Positions 51,701 to 63,659 of a stretch of DNA of 64,000 nt are shown here, one piece after another. Made by a program: the position numbers and the translations under genes. This stretch comes from Octopus sinensis (Eukaryota). Within the stretch, counting starts at the first letter, position 1. Each line of letters begins with the position of its first letter. The notes under the pieces are model-generated. The model saw only the letters and a program-made list of their open reading frames with translations. It ran no database searches and had not been told where the DNA came from. The stretch is taken from positions 56,184,464 through 56,248,463 of the forward strand of contig NC_043011.1 of NCBI RefSeq assembly GCF_006345805.1, read 5' to 3'.

Positions 51701-54278
51701 CAACCATCCTCTCATCATCGTTTAACGTCCGCTTTCCATGCTAGCATGGGTTGGACGAATGACTGAGGGCTGGTGAACCAGATGGCTGCACTAGGCTCCA
51801 GTCTTGATCTGGCAGAGTTTCTACAGCTGGATGCCCTTCCTAACGCCAACCACTCCGAGAGTGTAGTGGGTGCTTTTACATGCCACCAGCATGGGGCCAG
51901 TCAGGCAGTATTGGCAACGACCTCGCTCGAATCTTTTTACACATGCCACCGGCACAGGTGCCAGTAAGGCTATGCTGGGAAAGATCACGCTCGAATGGTG
52001 TCTTTTACATGCCACCAGCACAAAGGCCAGATAGCCGCTCTGGCAATGATCATGCTCGAATGGTGCCTTTTAAGTGCCACTGGCACAGAAGCCTTCTAAA
52101 ATTGCTCACCATATTCCAAAATTTGGTATCTTTATGTATGAAGTCAAAATAATACTTTAGTGTCAATGAGAATCTTTCTGATCTAAAAGTGTTGGTTCAA
52201 CACTAGGGTGAATTTTTTTAGATGAAGGATTCCATGCATAGTCTACTATTTTAAAAGAATACAGATGACTGGAAGATGCTGGTGTGCAACCGGCAAGTCT
52301 GGGTAAGTGGAACCTGTTTGAGACAAGCAATGAAATAGTGTAATGGTACAGGGAATATTTTGATGGAAGCCAAGCTTTGTGTTGATCACTGAGTTGGTGT
52401 TGACTGTGAAAGATTAAAGGAATTGTAACATTTTAATGTTTGAAGTTTTCCAACCCATTTTTTTTCTGGTCATATTTAAACTAGTAGTCACAGCAGTTAC
52501 CCACAACTATTTCCAAGATTTGAAGAGGAAAATCTGGAGATTTCAGCTTAGAAACGATTTAATTGGAGGCTGACCACAAGGAAAAGGATTCCTTCAAGTT
52601 ATCATTTTTCTCTGAATAATGTAGAATGATGTTTTTTTTACTTTGTTGTGGCAATTTTTATTCTTCTTTTAGTGTTCTCGTGTCTAAGGACAGAACTCGT
52701 ATGTTTTATGATATTGTTAAACATTGGCAGATTGCCAGATTCTACCCAAATTTTGTTGGAGATGTTGTCTTAAAAAGAAGGAATTTAAACATTTCGGTGC
52801 AAGCACATGGTTCTAGGTTCAGTCCCACTGCACAGTGCATTGGGCAAGTATCTGAGTGAGGCCAATCTAGTTAAAAACGGAACCTATTTAAGGCTTCACC
52901 AATAATTTACAGGTGTAATAAGGGATTGCTTCATCATTAGACATTACCTTCTAATCAACCAGCGCCTTGTGAGTGAATTTAGTTGAAGGAAACTGAAAGA
53001 AGCCTGACATGCATGTATGTGTTTCTTTATGTCTGTTTGTCCCTCACCTGTCACTGCTTGACAGCCATGTTGATTTGTTTCCCCATAACTTTGTGGTTCT
53101 GCAAGAGAGCCTGATGGGACAGGTACCAGCCTTTAAAAAAATCAAACACTGGTTTTGATGTATTCAACTAAACCCTTCAGGGTGAGGTTTCCGCATGGCT
53201 GCTGTCCAATGACTGAAACAAGCAAAAGAAAGATATGCTTGTTTAAATGCATACTTCAGTCAATACTTAACACTTTGACTGCTATTTTTGCCTGTCCCAT
53301 TACCTTCTAATGATGAAGTAATCCCGTATTACATCCGTAAATTATTGGTGAAGCCTTAAACAGGTTCCATTTTTAACTGGATTCGCCTCACTCAGATACG
53401 TCAACATCACAAAACACCTTCTGAGTCAAAAATTTCTCTCTCTTTCATTAATGAAGCTTGACTTACTTTCTTTATTTTAATTTTGTTGTAGAATTAATTG
53501 AACCCGCTTTCAAAACAGTAACCATTCATCATCATTTAACGTTCACTTTCCATGCTAGCATGGGTTGGACGATTTGACTGAGGACTGGCGAACCAGATGG
53601 CTGTGCCAGGCTCCACGAGAGTGTAGTGGGTGCTTTTACGTGCCACCAGCACTAGGGCCAGTCTGGCGGTACTGGCAACGGCCACGCTCGAAATGGTGTT
53701 TTTTACGTGCCACCTGCACAGGAGCCAGTCCAGCAGCACTGGCAACAACCTCACTCGAATGTTTTGTTCACATGCCACCGGCATGAGTGCCAGTAAGGTG
53801 ACACTGGTAACGATTACGCTAACCATTCGTTTACATCTTTTACTTATTTCAGTCATTGGACTGTGGCCATGCTGGGGCATTGCCTTGAAGGGTTTAGTTG
53901 AACAAATTGCACCCGAAAATAATTACTTTTAAGTCGGGCACTTATTCCTGTCACTCTCTTATGCTGAACTGCTAAGTTATGGGGATGTAAACAAACCAAC
54001 ACATTTGTCAAGCAAGGGAGGGGGACATTTACATATCCATGCGCACACACACACACACACACAGGGCTTCCAAACAGTTTCCATATATCAAATTTACTCA
54101 CAAGACATTGGATGGCCTGGGGCTACAGTAGTAGAACACTTGTCCAATGTGTTGCGTAGAGGGACTGAACCGGAAGCCTTCTGGTTGCCAGCCAGGCCTG
54201 CTTTTTTTTTTTTTTTTTCTAACTATTTTTTACTATTTTGTTGTTTGCTTGTATAATCTTGTTGAAATGTCTTTGCAG

Positions 54279-54496
54279 GTTGCCAGCAGCCGTGTGCTGT
54301 CACCTGATGCTAAAGTATTCATTCCACAGCAGTGTAAAAGTGCAACGGCTGCTGTTCTTGTTCCAAAGGATACTTCTATTGTAGCTCAATCTTTTGAGAC
54401 AATCCCTGATGGAAGTTCAAAACATCCCAATAGAATGGCTGGTAGTTTCACTGCACTTGGAATGCATACTGGTGCATCTCCTATGCTGACAAATGG
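54279..54496 (+). CDS. SECISBP2L: SECISBP2(-like) exon 2, with PAM2-like motif
   Basis: TTTGCAG acceptor, VASSRVLSPDAKVFIPQQ (compare SBP2/SBP2L N-terminal KLSA.V.PF.P), GG|GTAAGT donor, phase 2. Confidence 0.85.
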
Positions 54497-54797
54497 GTAA
54501 GTGGCTGTCAGAATTTCATTTATTAATGCTATGTTCTTTTGATGTTCCTGAGTTAACTCAGAGTCCCTTTTTCAAATTCTCTTTGACTCCCACAAATAAC
54601 CCAAAAGCTTTTTTTTTCCAATAATATCCTAAACCAGATATAAAAACCCTATTTTTGAGTTAAACAATCCAAAGTTAATACAATTTTTCTCTTCAATTCG
54701 TTATGAAATGAGTCTTTGTCTACATCGTTAAAATACCTGCAAGAATTTAAAACTGATATTAACAATTGACATCTTCTTATTTTTTTCCAATTTTCAG

Positions 54798-54853
54798 TGA
54801 TGTTGGCAACTGGCATGTAGCCAACCAAATGACAGACAACAAGGGTTATTTTG
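54798..54853 (+). CDS. SECISBP2L: SECISBP2(-like) exon 3
   Basis: TTTTCAG acceptor, (G)DVGNWHVANQMTDNKGYF, G|GTAAGT donor. The only open frame bridges phase 2 to phase 1. Confidence 0.75.
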
Positions 54854-54884
54854 GTAAGTAAAGGCAGATATATTTATATTTATT

Positions 54885-55087
54885 CTTTTGTTTCAGTCAG
54901 TTGACTGTGGCCATGCTGGAGCACCACTTTTAGTCGAACAAATCGACCCCAGGACTTATTCTTTGTAAGCCTAGTACTTATTTTATCAGTCTCTTTTGCC
55001 GAACCACTAAGTTATAGGGACGTAAACCCACCAACATCGGATCGGTTGTCAAGCGATGGTGGAGGGGGAACAAACACAAACATACAT

Positions 55088-55140
<53 letters not shown>

Positions 55141-55304
55141 ACAGGCTTCCTTCAGCTTCCATCTACCAAATCCACTCATGATGTTTTGGTCGGCGTGAGG
55201 CTATAGTAAAAGACACTTGCCCAAAGTGCCACATAGTGGGACTGAACCAAGAACCATGTGGTTGGTAAGCAAGCTACTTACCACACAGGCACTCCTGCGC
55301 CTAT
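54885..55304 (-). mobile_element. SINE family B, full length (intronic)
   Basis: Matches 12894-13313. Confidence 0.85.
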
Positions 55305-56567
55305 ATATTTTTTTAAAAAAAACTTTGTAGTTATTGATTCTTCTAATAATGCAATGTGAGAAATGTCTCTGTAGCTGTGACTGTGACTGAATCTAGTAAT
55401 GAAGCCCATCATGAAAGCATCAACAGAAAGGATGAAATCACTTGAAGCATTATGAGAATTGTTGATGCAGAAGAGTGAAGAATTGGTAAAATCGAATTAG
55501 GAGAATCACTTCTTTTTTTTTTTTTTACATCAAAATAAAAATTGTTCTTGAGGAGACCTATTGAGTCAAGTACATCAACATCAAAATAAAAATTCAAATG
55601 GAAATTGTAGTTAAGACACCCGTGCCGGTGACACGTAAAAAGCACCGTCCGAACGTGGCAGATGCCAGCGCCGCCTGAATGGCGTCCGTGTCCGTGACAC
55701 ATAGAAGCACCAACCGATCATGGCCGTTTGCCAGCCTGCTCTGGCCCCTGTGCCAGTGGCACGTAAAAATCAGCCACTACACTCACGGAGTGGTTGGCGT
55801 TAGGAAGGGCATCCAGCTGTAGAAACACTGCCAGATCAGACTAGAGCCTGGTGCAGCCTCCATGGCTTACCAGATCCCGGTCGAACCGTCCAACCCATGC
55901 TAGCATGGAGAACGGACGTTAATCGATGATGATGATGAAGGTTTTGGTTAGCCGCAGGTTAACCAAAGATTTGTAAATGGATTTGGTTGATGGAAGCTGG
56001 AAGAAATCTTTTATGTGCTTGTGTGTGTGTATGATTTGGTGTCTCTTTGTCTTGACATCGTGTGATTGTTGTAAATGAGTGTCACTCTCATACAGGTGCT
56101 TTACTTCATTTCCGATCTTCTATGAAAACCTGGTCAGCCATGGGGAAATATCTTGTTTTTGGAAACAGGTGAGGGTTAGCAACAGGAAGGGCATCTGGCA
56201 GTAGAAACTATGCTTAAAGACATTCCATTTAACCGATGCAAGCATGGGAAAGTGGACATTAAATGATGATGATTCAGGGACCGAATGGTTCTCAGAGCCC
56301 TCCAATTCCTAACCAGATCCTTAAACCTTCACTAGTAAAACCCAACACGAACTGCTGTTTTGGTTTCCGACTTGGTAGATGGATACAAGTTGAAGTATGT
56401 CTACTTTAAGTAGAGCATTAAATTGTCGTTTGTCACAGAGTTAAATATTTATTTTTAGGGATTTTAAATATTTCCTTATTTTTAATCATTGTTTGCAGTT
56501 ACAATGACAGTGGATACATGAACGTTAGCAGTTTTTTTTTTATAAGAATCCTTTTGTCTTTTTCTAG

Positions 56568-57022
56568 TGAAAGGCAACCGAAATGGCAAGATGAACAAAT
56601 CTCCTCGTCCTCTACAAAAACAAATGGATGAATATATGTACATGCCAGCTGGTGTATCCATCACAACTCCTCAACCAACTCCGATATTGTACAACAGAGT
56701 TAATTACTCACCCACAGCCAGTTCTAGTTATGTGTATATATCATACCCACCAAATGCCAATTCTGCTTACAATTTTGCCCTTGGTCCTCCTCCACCACCA
56801 CCACCGCCTCCTCTGCCGCCTGCACAACTCAGCCAGTCAGCAACAGTCCATGGCCCTTTGCCCCAGCCAAGGAACCAGGCATCAGTGCCAGCTCTACACA
56901 ACAATCCTTATGGTATGGAAGCAGCTCTGATGTCTTCCAACTACCCGAAAAATTCACCTGTCAAAGTTTACACCCCAAACTTGCAGAATTATGAGGAATG
57001 GCCTGAAATGAAATCAACCAAA
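56568..57022 (+). CDS. SECISBP2L: SECISBP2(-like) exon 4 (Pro/Tyr-rich)
   Basis: TTTCTAG acceptor, ORF 56567.., AAA|GTAAGA donor. Phases consistent. Confidence 0.85.
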
Positions 57023-57301
57023 GTAAGAATTCCTCTTAATAATCTCAGTTGATTTGTCATTGAATAATGGAACATTCTGATTTTGTTGCTGTGGTGTCTT
57101 TCATTCAGTTTGCATAAAGTTTTTTAAAAAAGAGTTATCAGAATTTAAATAGATGAGAGTTGCATCTTGTCTTGAAGTAAAGCGTTAACCTTTTCAGGCT
57201 GGAATATTCTTGATTGCATCATAACCAGTGGATGAGCGCTAAAGGTCTATTAGAGTTCCAACATTAATTTTTTTCAAATAAGAGAAATATATTTTTTAAC
57301 A

Positions 57302-57558
57302 TTTATATATTTGCAGAGAGGTCGCAGCCATCTCAGCTAGCAGGACTTGCTACCCTGGACTGATGATGGGCAAGACCCAGAAACATGTCTCCAGGTGCTA
57401 ATCCTAGCTGGTGGGGATGCTTGCCCCCCCTTTGCAAATATTAGGACACAGGAAATGTGTCAAAGCCAACAGGAAGCGTCGATGCTTCCTAGGGCTAAAT
57501 AGCGGTGGTGTGATTCCCTTTACGGGACTGTCACGTTGTGTTGACAGTATACAACCAC
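57302..57558 (+). mobile_element. Retrozyme-like structured insert carrying a hammerhead ribozyme
   Basis: TATATTTTTTAACA direct repeats at 57288-57301 and 57559-57572. Contains a hammerhead core and several hairpins. Confidence 0.65.
57354..57395 (+). ncRNA. Minimal type I hammerhead ribozyme
   Basis: CCTGGA-CTGATGA-TGGG caaga CCCA-GAAA-CATG-TC-TCCAGG: perfect stem I, catalytic core and stem II, palindromic loop 3, GUC site. Confidence 0.88.
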
Positions 57559-58743
57559 TATATTTTTTAACAATTTTTTAAAAACCAATTTCAGTTACAT
57601 TATGTTTTAAGTGTAATTGAATTCCAATTATATTTCAATTCTTAACATACACCTTTGTTGACTTTATATAAATTTGTTTTTGAATATTGTTTCCTTCCTT
57701 CTATCATTTCACTAAATAGTTAATTGTGATGTTATTCATAGCTTTTCCCTGTCATCAATTTGTATCGTTAAAGTTTTAAACAAAGATCACAACTGTACTT
57801 GCAAGGTAATAAATCACTCGAAACTTATTACAAGTCAAAAATGAAAATAATTTGTCTTATCAGGAGAAAGATAAAATATGACAAAATATAAAATTTAAAA
57901 TAATTTAGAGAAGAAAATATATTGTTGAAACCCATTTTTTAATTTTCTATATTAGTATGTGGGACACTGGTCTGCTTCGTTGCCCACTTTTCTCTTGATC
58001 CTTTGTCACCTTGAACTTGAGCTTCCAAATCGTGGTGGCTTACCTGACCTCTTCTCTCGTAGCCTTCAATATTTTTTCCATATTAAAAATTCTGAACATA
58101 TTAAAAATTCTGAACTCTCTTTCTCTCTAACTTTCTCTCTTTCACTCTAAGAAAATCACAAATGCTCTGATTCTATGAACAACAGTTGAACTAGTCTTGT
58201 ACTTGATTTTGCATTTATCAAAAATCAATGGAAATTGCAGTTGTAATACCAGTGCCGATGGCACGTACAAGAACCATCCAAATGTGGCCATTGCCAACGC
58301 CACCTTGAGTGGCCTCTGTGCCGGTGGCACGTAAAAAGCACCAACCGATCCTAGCCGTTGCCAGCCTCCCCTGGCACCTGTGCCAGTGGCACGTAAAAAG
58401 CACCCACTACACTCACTGAGTGGTTGGTGTTGGGAAGGGCATCTAGCTGTAGAAACTCTGCCAGATCAGACTGGGCCTGGTGCAGCCTCCTGGCTTCCCA
58501 GACCCCAGTCGAACCGTCCAACCCATGCTAGCATGGAAAGCGGACGTTAAACGATGATGATGAAAGTTTCTCTGTCTGGCTCTCTCTCTCTACCCCTTCT
58601 TTTTCTCTTCTCATTTCTTTCTTCTTTCTTTCTTTCTTGTACTCTATTCTGTTTCCCATGCTATTTATGCATTTTTATTATTTAAACATGATTACTATAA
58701 GATTCCTTTTATTAATATACATCCATCCAAATACATTTTCTAG

Positions 58744-58873
58744 AATGCCCAATCTTCAAAGAAAGTGAATAATGGAACTCAGAAAGAAAAGACTAAATTG
58801 AATTCTAAGGGACATTTTAAAAATGAAGCTTCTCAAAAGTCTGTAAAACTAACTGAAATCGCAGTACAAACGG
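58744..58873 (+). CDS. SECISBP2L: SECISBP2(-like) exon 5
   Basis: TTTTCTAG acceptor, NAQSSKKV..EIAVQT, G|GTGAGT donor. Phase 0 to phase 1. Confidence 0.82.
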
Positions 58874-58914
58874 GTGAGTCAGTTTTTCTCTCTTTTCTGT
58901 TCCCTATTCGGGCA

Positions 58915-59600
58915 AATATGGCTGCGGGATTAAGAAGCTTGCAACTATAGAGTTTCTAGTTCTGTCCCACTGTGCAACATCTTAGACAAGTGTCTGCTAT
59001 AGTCCTGGGCCAACTAATGCCTTGTGAGCGAATTTGGTAAACAAACTGTATGGAAGAAAGGCAGCAAGCTAGCAGAAACGTTAGCACGCCAGATGAAATG
59101 CTTCGCGGTATTTCGGCTGTCTTTATGTTCTGAGGCGGCGAGCTGGCAGAAACGTTAGCACGCCGGGCGAAATGCGTATCCGTATTTCGTCTGCCGTTAC
59201 GTTCTGAGTTCAAATTCCGCCGAGGTCGACTTTGCCTTTCATCCTTTCGGGGTCGATAAATTAAGTACCAGTTTCGCACTGGGGTCGATGTAATCGACTT
59301 AATCCGTTTGTCTATCCTTGTTGTCCCCTCTATGTTTAGCCCCTTGTGGGCAATAAAGAAATAAGAATCTACATGGAAGCCTGTGGTGTGTGTGTGTGTG
59401 CATGCATGACTTTGTGTCTGTGTTTGTTCTCCTGCTCCACTGCTTGACAACTGGTCTGTTTACAATCCTATAACTTAGCAATTCAGCAAAAGAGACTGAT
59501 GGAGTAAAGAAAAATAAGTCCTGGGATCTATTTGTTTGAGTAAACTCTTTAAGGCAGTGCCTCCAGCATGGCCACAGTTCAGTGACAGAAACATGTAAAG
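58915..59600 (+). mobile_element. SINE family B interrupted by family A copies (~59060-59364)
   Basis: Family B head and tail flank a partial plus a full family A copy. Confidence 0.75.
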
Positions 59601-60383
59601 ACTAAAAGATCATAAGCACAGGCTGTGTGGTTAAAAAGCCTGCTTCACAACCCTGTGGTTTTGGATTCATTCCTTCTGGATGGCACACCTTGGGCAAGTG
59701 GCTGAAAGGTAAAGAGGCACAAGCGTGGCTGTATTGTAAGAAGTTTGCTTCCCAACCATATGGTTCCAAGTTCTGTCCCACTGCACTGCACACAGGGCAA
59801 GTGTCTTCTACTATAGCCCTGGGCTGACCAACACCTTGTGAGTGAATTTGGTAGGTGGAAATCTGTCATGTGTCCCCTTTTGTTTGTCCCTTCCTCCTAT
59901 GCCACTTGACAGTCTGTAACTTAGAAGTTTACAAAAGAAAGTCTGACTCTCTGCATTCTTGAGTTCAAATCCTACTTCAGTGGTGGGCTTTATCCATCAC
60001 CAGGCATTGGAACCAGGTCTCTAATTTAAGGATAGCTTTCTCCTCTCTCCCTCCCACTTGAAGACTTTATAGGATAAGTACCAAACTTAAAAAAAAAACC
60101 CAAATATTTGGGTTGATCTGTTTGACAAAACCCCTGCAAAGGTGGTACCCCAGCATGGCCGCAGTCCAGGGACTGAAACAAGCAAAAGATTAAAAAGGAA
60201 CTTTAGCATCACTTGGAAATTGGAGAATTAGAGACTGGAAAGACAAAACTGACTTTTTATAGCAGTTGATTCTAAGTGTTTTGTGTTCAATTATTTTCAG
60301 TTAAAATTCTGTTGAGAGAAAACAGCTGTTTTACTCTATCTTTTATTGCTTATTGATCTGTGAAAAATGTATTGTCTTTTCAG

Positions 60384-61078
60384 ATTTTTCTCCTGAGTTG
60401 GAAAACTTGACACTTTCTGAAAAACCCAGCTCTTTGTTTTCTTTTAATAAGACCCGAATTCGTAGTCATTCAAACCAATGGATCAGTAACTTGACTGACT
60501 CCGAAGAGAAGGACTCCGACAGCGGCTATAGTAGTCCACTACATCGGCGCAATGTTGTGTCAAATGGTACACATGTTGCTCCGGAAAGACTTGCACCCAA
60601 CACTAAACAACCACCACCTCCTCCTATTGCAACTACTCCTACTACTACCACCACTACTCCTCCTCCTCCTAGCGTGGCTAGTACGACCACAACACAGCCT
60701 ACCAGTTTCAGTTATGCTGCCATTGCACAGAGACCAGCAAAATCAACATTAAGGAATGATTACCCAGTAGGTGGCGCTGTGGCAATACCGTCAGTGGAAT
60801 GTTCGACAAGTGATAATAAAAACCTGGAACCTAAATCCGTTGAAGAAGCTGGGAAGAAAAGACAAAAACAGAATCGTCGCAAGAAGAAGAAAGATCGAGA
60901 TGTTAGCAAAGGGAGCAACTTTTCAAGCCCAGGTCAGACCCCAAGATCAGGTTTATCAAACTCTGTCTCAATGGATGATATGATGATACAAGATGAAGAT
61001 TTCTGTGAATTACCTTCTAATAAGGAACCTGTTGCCTCCTCTGCTCCAAGAATGAAATACTGTGATATCTTGAAAAAT
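60384..61078 (+). CDS. SECISBP2L: SECISBP2(-like) exon 6
   Basis: TTTTCAG acceptor, (D)FSPEL..DSDSGYSSPLH (compare SBP2L DSDSGYCSP), basic KKRQKQNRRKKKK, AAT|GTAAGT donor. Confidence 0.9.
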
Positions 61079-61640
61079 GTAAGTTTTATTTATTTATTTT
61101 TTTTTTTTTACGATCTCATTAACATTTTTCTTATGTTTCTACGTTGTGTTGCCTCTAAGCAAACTAGAAACATAGTTTGTATATCATCATCATTGTTTTA
61201 CCATCCATCTCACCCATGCCAGCATGGATGAGATGGAATTTGGTTGAGGCAGATTTTTTTTGTGGCTGGATGCCCTTCCTGTCACCAACCCTCACTTGTT
61301 TCCAAACAAGGGAATATTTCCCTCAGACCAGACATGTTTTTGCAGAATATTGGAAATAAACGACAATCATTTACAACAGTCATGCAACGTCAAGACAAAG
61401 ACACAATTACACACACACACACACAACCCTATCACATCTTCAGTGTTCTGTTTGATCCTGGGTGCTGGTAACTTACTGCATTGGCATCTAATACAATTAG
61501 CTGGTCCTTTTTTGTTGCTGGTCAATATCATTGCTGTGACAGTATCGTAAGCAGCACTTCTGCTGTGCCTGGGTTGTTTCCAGAAGCTCATGCATAACCC
61601 CAAGTACACTTATCACCTCTCCACGGCGGCAGCAGCTGCT

Positions 61641-61997
61641 GTGGAGGCACAATAGCCCAGTGGCTAGGGCAGCGGACTCGCGGTCGGAGGATCGTGGTTT
61701 CAATTCCCAGGCCAGGCGTTGTGTGTGTTTATTGAGCAAAAACACCTAAAGCTCCACGAGGCTCCAGAAGGGGATGGTGGCGACCCCTGTTGTACTCTTT
61801 CGCTCCAACTTCCTCTCACTCTTTCTTCTTGTTTCTTGTCCCCGACTTCCTATGCAACCGCTGAGCCTGGATGCGCATTCATCCATCCGCCGATGCTCTC
61901 GGTGTCGGGGGTTGACCTGCTTTCTCTTCTGCGGGTCTTATGAATAGCAAAGGACCACGTTTCGGACTTCTCCCAGGCACTCAACAAGCAAACAAAC
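61641..61997 (+). mobile_element. SINE family C, full length (intronic)
   Basis: tRNA-like head, CAAA-type tail and CAGCTGCTG duplication on both flanks. Confidence 0.85.
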
Positions 61998-62065
61998 AGC
62001 TGCTGTTGTGTGTGTGTGTGGTTTCTTTTGCTAAAATAAATTTGTTTCTTTGTTTCTTTCTTCAG

Positions 62066-62114
62066 AGTACTGTGATATATGAATCCACATTAACTGATGG
62101 GAATGCAGATGCTG
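62066..62114 (+). CDS. SECISBP2L: SECISBP2(-like) exon 7
   Basis: Long polypyrimidine tract plus CAG, STVIYESTLTDGNADA, G|GTAAAT donor. Bridges phase 0 to phase 1. Confidence 0.72.
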
Positions 62115-62339
62115 GTAAATATCTGAAACTCTTTTTTAAAATATCTCTTATGATTTGTTTGGATTGTTTAGTTAGAAAACGGATACTGAGCGAAGCCTTA
62201 ACAGTTAATGTTGTGATGCTTGCTGCTGAGAGAGCAATGCGATTGATGAATAATTTGGGAAGAGAGAAAAACCAAAGTTTGAGGAGTTCCTTTTGGGAGT
62301 TCAATTGCTTCACTTGAATTTAACTTATATAAAGATCCC

Positions 62340-62666
62340 AGATCTTTTTGCTTTGACCGGCAGATTTTTAAAATAATTTCTTTGTAACTAAACACTTTTA
62401 AACTTCGTATACTGGTAGAATGTGTTTAAAAAACATCTTTTTTCTCTTGGCTTTATTGAGAAAATTCTGTAGTTTGTAAGCTATTTGTTCTTTAATTTCT
62501 TGCATTTTGGCAATTTCAACCAATCAATGACGTCTATTGAGGTGAATTCAATTTCTGCCCTAGAAAAAGATGTTTTATAAACACATTCTGCCAGTATACA
62601 AAGTTTAAAAGTGTTTAGTTACAAAGAAATTACTTTAAAAATCTGCCGGTCAAAGCGAAAAGATCC
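62340..62666. mobile_element. MITE, same family as 28032-28443
   Basis: TIRs GATCTTTTTGCTTTGACCGGCAGATTTT / AAAATCTGCCGGTCAAAGCGAAAAGATC. TSD AAGATCCC at 62332-62339 and 62667-62674. Confidence 0.88.
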
Positions 62667-63308
62667 AAGATCCCTGCTTGAACTAATCAGAACTCATTTC
62701 TCTTTATGGCACACAAACTTTTATTCTATTCTATTGTTCAGATCATTTTTCACTTTTCTGCACTGTTATTTGCCAATAACCAACTGGAAATTGTTCCATT
62801 TGTGTACTACACAAGCCTTCTCTCTTAGACTCCTCCAAGAAATGCTCAACCATTCCAACATTCTGCAAATTCTTCTTTGGTTGAATTAGAGAAACGATAT
62901 TCGTTGATACCAACCGTAAACCTTTGTATTTACTGTTGATGGATTTAACCCTTTCGTTACTGTATTTATTTTGAGATGCTCTGTGTTTCTTTCAATTATT
63001 TTAAATATAACAAAGAATAACTTAGTTATCATTAAGCTAGTATTAGGAATATAAATTGCGACTAAGGTTTCGTGGTATATTTTGATGCAAAACTTACGTA
63101 AAAAAGACATAGAATAAGTACCAAAATTTTTTTAAATATATACTGGTGGGGGGTCTCTTCATTTGACTAAAATTCTTCAAGACTATGCTCCAGCATGGCC
63201 ACAATCTAATAAACCAAGTAAAAGGTAAAAAAAAAAATGCTATTTAAATTATTTTTATTTCTTATATTTTCAATGTTTTTTTTCTACCAATTTCCTTGCT
63301 GACTCCAG

Positions 63309-63637
63309 CAAACAAAAAAGACGGTCATTTGACCCGGCGCTGGCAGAAGAGACAAGAATTAGCTAACCGTGCCGCAGAGGAAGAACTTGCCGAAATCTCA
63401 CTGGAACAACAGATGTTGATACAACGCAATATTCCCAAGAAGAAGTCTGCTTCTGGCACCCCTCGATCCGTGACACCCACCTCGACATCCAAAGCAGGCA
63501 AAACTGTGGGTGGCATCAGTAATACTGGGAGGCTGTCTGTGGCACCCAATGACGTTATTCATCATGCTGTGGCACCTGGCAAGAAATCTAAACAACCAAT
63601 CTCGTTAGATATTAGTGCTATGATTGATGCTCTTGAA
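63309..63637 (+). CDS. SECISBP2L: SECISBP2(-like) exon 8; gene continues beyond the window
   Basis: CAG acceptor, GKKSKQPISLDISAMIDALE (compare SBP2 KK..PVQLDLG.ML.ALEK), GAA|GTAAGA donor. Confidence 0.9.
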
Positions 63638-63659
63638 GTAAGAGATTTTTCTTTTTCCA

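Noticed and set aside
51860-52090. Regularly spaced GTGCC..GGCAC modules resembling a CRISPR array
   Set aside because: Eukaryotic LINE 3'UTR subrepeats; the spacers are mutually related and there are no cas genes.
56499-56523. Possible micro-exon after TTTGCAG (YNDSGYMN)
   Set aside because: In the phase set by exon 3 it hits a stop. The alternative phase would put a stop at the start of exon 4 and needs a ~45-nt intron.
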